From a bacterium (GTDB lineage Bacteria > Hydrothermota > Tepidihabitantia > SM23-42): a stretch of 64,000 nucleotides of DNA. The number at the start of each line of letters is the position of its first letter. The first letter of the stretch is position 1. Shown here in pieces: positions 59,880 through 64,000 of this stretch. Made by a program: the position numbers and the translations under genes. Where the stretch lies: NCBI GenBank assembly GCA_049647125.1, contig JBARXC010000082.1:26476-90475 (forward strand). Direction: 5' to 3'. The notes below the pieces were generated by a model, which did no database searches, was not told where the DNA came from, and saw nothing but the letters and a program-made list of their open reading frames with translations.

Positions 59880-60496
59880 TGGCAATACTCGATTTCTTAA
59901 AAGATGTTGGTGCCAACATCTTAGGTATTGGTAGTGAATCGCAAGATATTGAAGAATTGCTTAAACAGGAACTTGACGATCGAATAAGTAATTTGGAAAT
60001 AGACTTCACAAACGGTATTGTCACGCTCCATGGTTCTTGTGATACGCAGGCGACCAAAGAGAAAGCTGTGCTCTTAGCTGGCAATATAAAGGGTGTAGAA
60101 AAAGTCAATGACGAGCATTTATCAGCGCCACCGTCTGAGGAAATAACCGAGTATTACACTGTGCGACCAGGTGACACGCTTTCTGAAATCGCCAGTCGAC
60201 TCTATGGAAACGCCGGGAAATATCCGGTTATCTTCGAAGCAAACCGCGAAGTTATAAAAGATCCAAACCTTATCTATCCAGGACAGATACTGCGTATAAT
60301 AAAACCACCCGCTGTGCAAGCAGCCTCTGATAACTACACTGTTAAACCAGGCGACACTCTTTCCAAAATAGCAAAAGCTTTTTACGGCGACGCCCGCAAG
60401 TACTCAATAATTTTTGAGGCTAACCGGGACACCCTTAAGGACCCGAACATTATCCGGCCGGGGCAGAAACTGCGCATACCAAAAATCCCCGGATAA
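59879..60496 (+). CDS. BON domain + 2x LysM protein (Kbp/YgaU-like)
   Basis: N-terminus MAILDFLKDVGANILG... and BON segment GIVTLHGSCDTQATKEKAVLLAGNIKGVEKV parallel E. coli Kbp. Two LysM repeats (YTVRPGDTLSEIA...YPGQILRI; YTVKPGDTLSKIA...RPGQKLRIP). TAATG overlap with iorB. Confidence 0.8.
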   Translation: MAILDFLKDVGANILGIGSESQDIEELLKQELDDRISNLEIDFTNGIVTLHGSCDTQATKEKAVLLAGNIKGVEKVNDEHLSAPPSEEITEYYTVRPGDTLSEIASRLYGNAGKYPVIFEANREVIKDPNLIYPGQILRIIKPPAVQAASDNYTVKPGDTLSKIAKAFYGDARKYSIIFEANRDTLKDPNIIRPGQKLRIPKIPG

Positions 60497-60540
60497 GTAC
60501 TTGCCTAGGGTGCTGCTCATTTAACTGTCAAGGAACACGA

Positions 60541-61275
60541 TTGGCTAATATAGTAAAGACTCCTGGCTTTGTGCTCAAGACAATGCCTTTCAAAGAATCG
60601 AGTCTCATCGCTTCAGTACTCACCAAAAAATTCGGTAAAGTGAAAATTATCGCAAAAGGGTGCCGTCGACCAAAAAGCAAGTTCTGCGGTACATTAGAAG
60701 TATTTAACTTAGCTGAAATTATTTATTATAAAAGAGAGTCTAAAGATCTATATACATTGAGCGATGCAACGGTCATGGATCACTTCAGCGACATCCGGTC
60801 TGACAATATAAAAGTAAATGCCGCCATGGTGCTCTGCGAATTCTTCAATAAGACCCTGCCTTTGCAAGAAACAGATATTGTTTCATATACACATCTTTTT
60901 AATTTCTTGCGAGAACTTAAGCAGATCAATTTGCATTCAATAAAACCTTTGACCCTTTATTATCTGCTAATAGCACTCGCGGGCGCAGGCTTTAAACCCC
61001 ATTTAGACAACTGTGTACGATGTCACAACCCGATAAATTATAATAGCAAAAAAATCGATTTCAGCATTAGTGGTGGCGGTGTTGTCTGCGAGAACGACTT
61101 TGATGACACGGTGGTGTTTTTGAGTAGTGATACCATCAATTTGCTGAAAAACATATACCAGAATAAGAGTATCCGAATCGACACCCGGCAGTTCAAAGAA
61201 ATTGAAACGCTAGTGCCTGAGTACCTCCGCTACCATCTCAATCAGGTCCTCAATTCCCTCAAGTTTCTGAAGTAG
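60541..61275 (+). CDS. recO: DNA repair protein RecO
   Basis: TTG start. N-terminal OB region (GFVLKTMPFKESSLIASVLT). Zinc-finger Cys (CVRC...C). 244 aa. Confidence 0.8.
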   Translation: MANIVKTPGFVLKTMPFKESSLIASVLTKKFGKVKIIAKGCRRPKSKFCGTLEVFNLAEIIYYKRESKDLYTLSDATVMDHFSDIRSDNIKVNAAMVLCEFFNKTLPLQETDIVSYTHLFNFLRELKQINLHSIKPLTLYYLLIALAGAGFKPHLDNCVRCHNPINYNSKKIDFSISGGGVVCENDFDDTVVFLSSDTINLLKNIYQNKSIRIDTRQFKEIETLVPEYLRYHLNQVLNSLKFLK

Positions 61276-61289
61276 TCAGATATTTTTGA

Positions 61290-62027
61290 TTACACGTTCA
61301 TCCCTAAAAACCTTACCAGACCGATCAGGAAATCCGGCGACTTTAACCGGGCTGGTAAAGCAATAATCGCACCGATTAAGACAATAATTCCAGTCGCGAA
61401 GATATTCGACCAAAGCACTGGGGTCAAGAATGATTTCTCTTCTTTTTTTCGCGTTTTATACATCTTCGCAATCACTGACTCTTCGTACAGCACACTAATC
61501 ACTAAACTGATTATTATCGCAAGCGTTGAAAGGAAGATCTTCATTGGCCAGTATATATGGGGTGAAGACTGATAACCAATCATAAAACTGAATATCACCA
61601 CGGTGATCAATGTCATAAGGGTCAACACAAAAGCTATAAACCAGGTAGGGTTTTTTGCAAAATGTTTAATCCGTTTAAGCCGGCGTGCCGGCAAGAGAAA
61701 AACCAGAAACAGAACAATGATCCCCATTAGCAATACATCAGAGGAAGTAAACATCATTGCCACAACCAAGCCCACGAACGTTGATACAATATTTGCAATG
61801 AGGACGTAAAAAACTGCCGCCCCGGATTTGAAATCGCTCTTTAAAATGAATACCACACACTTTATTATCAAAATAAGAATAAAACCAAGCAGCGACGCAA
61901 AAACTGCGCCACCGAGCGTTGTCGGCGCAAGAAAAAGCATTATCAATGGTACGAGCGGCTCATTTGCATACAAGAACGCCGGCACCAACAGCGAAACACC
62001 AGCCAGTATAATTATCTTTGTTTTCAT
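61290..62027 (-). CDS. Polytopic membrane protein (hypothetical)
   Basis: 245 aa, about 7 hydrophobic helices. AAAGGAG SD. No recognisable motif. Confidence 0.35.
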   Translation of the reverse strand: MKTKIIILAGVSLLVPAFLYANEPLVPLIMLFLAPTTLGGAVFASLLGFILILIIKCVVFILKSDFKSGAAVFYVLIANIVSTFVGLVVAMMFTSSDVLLMGIIVLFLVFLLPARRLKRIKHFAKNPTWFIAFVLTLMTLITVVIFSFMIGYQSSPHIYWPMKIFLSTLAIIISLVISVLYEESVIAKMYKTRKKEEKSFLTPVLWSNIFATGIIVLIGAIIALPARLKSPDFLIGLVRFLGMNV

Positions 62028-62077
62028 TTATGTCTCCTTTACCGCGAAAGTTTAAATAAATATTGATAAATGTCAAC

Positions 62078-62182
62078 CCCGTTAGAGAATACAACCAATA
62101 GATATCGCTAAATTTTAGTAGCAATAAAATGATTCTTAATCTGAAAGATTGAACGATGATTTAAAATTTATTCTCTAACGGG
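62078..62182. repeat. Perfect 14-bp inverted repeat flanking a 77-nt AT-rich spacer
   Basis: cccgttagagaata (62078-62091) / tattctctaacggg (62169-62182). The right arm ends 4 nt from the mnmA stop. Confidence 0.7.
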
Positions 62183-62186
62183 ATCA

Positions 62187-63218
62187 CTAATCCAATACTC
62201 GGTCAATAATACCACCACCGAGCATAGTATCACCCATATAAAACACCACGGATTGACCGGGGGTAACTGCCCATTGAGATTTTTTGAAAATGACCTTGAC
62301 CCCTCCTTTTCCATAAGGCTCGATGCTTGCTTCAGATAAATCTGAAACGTATCTTGTCTTTGCCTTAACCGCCATTTTCTCATTAAGTTTGTCAAACAGT
62401 ATAAAGTTCAGATCCTTCGCAATGAACTGCGATTTATAGACCTCTTGAGCTTCACCAACATAGATGATATTCTTCTTAGCATCGATGCCAATCACGTAAT
62501 AGGGACGTTCATGGCTCAACCCGATACCTTTGCGTTGACCAATCGTATAAGCAATAATCCCTTTATGTTTACCAAGAATTCTGCCTGTGCTGTCGTATAT
62601 CAAACCCGGCTCAGAAGATATAATACCTTTTATATAAGAAGTATAGTTGTTTTCGGAAATAAAGCAGATATCCTGGCTCTTTTTTTGCTTTGCTGTAGGC
62701 AGATTATTTTCACGGGCTTTTTCTCTTACGACTTCCTTGGTATAAGAACCAAGGGGCAGTAATAATTCTGACAACTGCTTCTGTTTGAGTCGATAAAGAA
62801 AATAGGACTGTTCATTTTTATCCATGCCTTTTTTCAAAAGGTATCTATTGTTTTCGCGCTCAAGCCGTGCATAGTGACCCGTGGCGATTTTATCAAAACC
62901 AAGGTGTTTTGCTCGCGCCATGTAAATGCCGAATTTCATCAGCTCGTTACACAGTACACAAGGGTTTGGCGTCCTCCCTCGCTTGTATTCTCGTATGAAA
63001 TCGCCCAGTATTAGGCTTTTGAATTCTTCTGTAAAATCAAAAGTCTGGAATGGAATACCAATAGCCTGAGCCGCGTCTCTTGCATAACTCACAAGTTCAT
63101 CAGTAATCCCCTGGAAAATCATCATGGCGCTATGCACATCAAAACCATTTTGTTTGAGAATCAGTGCCGCGGTCGAGGAATCAACCCCACCGCTTAACGC
63201 CACTAAAACCTTTTCCAT
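62187..63218 (-). CDS. mnmA: tRNA 2-thiouridine(34) synthase MnmA
   Basis: PP-loop ALSGGVDSS. Catalytic Cys region NPCVLCNELMKFG. 343 aa. Confidence 0.95.
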   Translation of the reverse strand: MEKVLVALSGGVDSSTAALILKQNGFDVHSAMMIFQGITDELVSYARDAAQAIGIPFQTFDFTEEFKSLILGDFIREYKRGRTPNPCVLCNELMKFGIYMARAKHLGFDKIATGHYARLERENNRYLLKKGMDKNEQSYFLYRLKQKQLSELLLPLGSYTKEVVREKARENNLPTAKQKKSQDICFISENNYTSYIKGIISSEPGLIYDSTGRILGKHKGIIAYTIGQRKGIGLSHERPYYVIGIDAKKNIIYVGEAQEVYKSQFIAKDLNFILFDKLNEKMAVKAKTRYVSDLSEASIEPYGKGGVKVIFKKSQWAVTPGQSVVFYMGDTMLGGGIIDRVLD

Positions 63219-63235
63219 AGAATTACATCTTGTTA

Positions 63236-63277
63236 TTTAGGTGTTTTAGGTACTTTAGGTATTTAGGTGTTTTAGGT
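63236..63277. repeat. Five phased TTTAGGT units (includes an 18-nt perfect direct repeat) between nifS and mnmA
   Basis: TTTAGGT at 63236, 63245, 63254, 63262 and 63271 (spacing 9/9/8/9). atttaggtgttttaggta occurs at both 63235-63252 and 63261-63278. Confidence 0.85.
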
Positions 63278-64000
63278 ATTTCTATTTTTTCCCATGGGCG
63301 ACATCTTGCGTAGTTCTTCAATGACCTGCGGCAACTGTTCAGCAACATAGTCAATGTCTTGTTCAGTGGTGAGCCGACCAACGGTCAAGCGGAGTGAACC
63401 GTGAGAATCCTCAGGCGAAATCCCGATCGATAGCAAAACATGGGACGGCTCGAGCGAGCCTGAAGAACAGGCAGACCCAGTTGCAACTTCAATGCCCACA
63501 CTATCGAGTCTCAGAAGCATTGATTCGCCTTCGATATATTCGACAATTACATGGCAGTTATTGGGCAACCGCTTTTCCGGATGACCGTTCAGCCAGGCAT
63601 GTTCCATGCCCTCAAAAATCCCTATCATCCTATCTCTGAGTTTTGTATAGTGCCTGACTCGCTCTTCCCTCTCGGCAACTGCGAGTTGCACAGCCTTGCC
63701 AAGTCCGACAATCCCTGGTACATTATGAGTAGACGCTCGCTTATGATTCTCCTGACCACCGCCATGTAACAGCGGAAGGATTCTCGTCCCTTTACGAATA
63801 TACAAAACACCCACACCCTTTGGCCCATAGAATTTGTGGGCTGATAAAGATAACAGGTTGACGCCCAACTTGTTGACGTTAGTATCGAGTGAGCCAAATG
63901 ACTGAACCGCGTCAGTGTGTAGGTAAACGCCTTTGTTCTTACAGATCTCGCCGATTTCCTCGATCGGTTCGATCGTACCGATTTCGTTATTGGCATGCAT
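63272..64000 (-). CDS. nifS: Cysteine desulfurase (NifS/IscS class), 3' part only; the gene continues beyond the window
   Basis: PLP Lys in SAHKFYGPKG. Active-site loop ATGSACSSG. The N-terminus lies outside the window. Confidence 0.9.
   Translation of the reverse strand: MHANNEIGTIEPIEEIGEICKNKGVYLHTDAVQSFGSLDTNVNKLGVNLLSLSAHKFYGPKGVGVLYIRKGTRILPLLHGGGQENHKRASTHNVPGIVGLGKAVQLAVAEREERVRHYTKLRDRMIGIFEGMEHAWLNGHPEKRLPNNCHVIVEYIEGESMLLRLDSVGIEVATGSACSSGSLEPSHVLLSIGISPEDSHGSLRLTVGRLTTEQDIDYVAEQLPQVIEELRKMSPMGKNRNT

Noticed and set aside
62168-62395. 75-aa minus-strand ORF overlapping the mnmA 3' end in another frame
   Set aside because: The mnmA frame is unambiguous (conserved C-terminus). The alternative frame has no start signals.
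63236-63277. Considered whether the TTTAGGT array is a CRISPR or a telomere-like repeat
   Set aside because: The units are 8-9 nt with no spacers of CRISPR size and no cas genes. The array is internal to an operon spacer. It is reported as a short tandem repeat instead.

Overview
This is a 64-kb bacterial chromosomal window, densely coded, with moderate to low GC by eye. I recognised no rRNA, tRNA, CRISPR array, transposase, integrase or phage genes.

The core is housekeeping:
- A ribosomal-protein/secY/adk/map/infA/rpoA cluster at 14.4-23.4 kb, which unusually begins at rpsH.
- smc-ftsY, trpS, cca, recO, and nifS-mnmA.

Around the core lies an envelope- and protein-degradation-oriented gene set:
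- Three predicted type IX secretion (T9SS) cargo proteins with Por-type C-terminal sorting domains: an M28 peptidase, a repeat protein and a GH18 enzyme.
- Two PorV/PorQ-like barrels and a TonB-dependent receptor.
- An M1 aminopeptidase fused to a C-terminal Omp85-like barrel, preceded by three tandem SurA/parvulin paralogs.
- TldD/PmbA plus a prolyl oligopeptidase.
- An APC permease fused to a PTS-EIIA domain.
- A buk-trpB2-iorAB-kbp-like block, consistent with aromatic amino-acid fermentation or salvage.

The T9SS and PorV content suggests an uncultivated FCB-superphylum-like organism. That is inference only.

The most system-like accessory locus is a ten-gene, same-strand block at 7.16-13.14 kb, on the opposite strand from and facing the neighbouring mntP:
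- ArsR, a COG0701 permease, a SurA_N-thioredoxin fusion, CcdA and a small thioredoxin.
- An ECF sigma factor, a zf-HC2 anti-sigma factor, and a membrane-anchored LTXXQ sensor-like protein.
- A 61-aa Cys/His-rich protein and a ZraP-like chaperone with a Gly/Cys tail.

Non-coding observations:
- A very regular TTGACA-N16/17-TATAAT promoter grammar.
- At about nine genes the -10 box sits only 5-8 nt from the start codon with no Shine-Dalgarno sequence, so these are candidate leaderless mRNAs.
- Several short-period tandem repeats (TTTAGGT x5, CCAAATC heptads).
- A two-copy element immediately downstream of two stop codons.
- Long inverted repeats and covarying small hairpins.

All functional calls come from motif recognition by eye. 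No database search was run, so novelty cannot be asserted.
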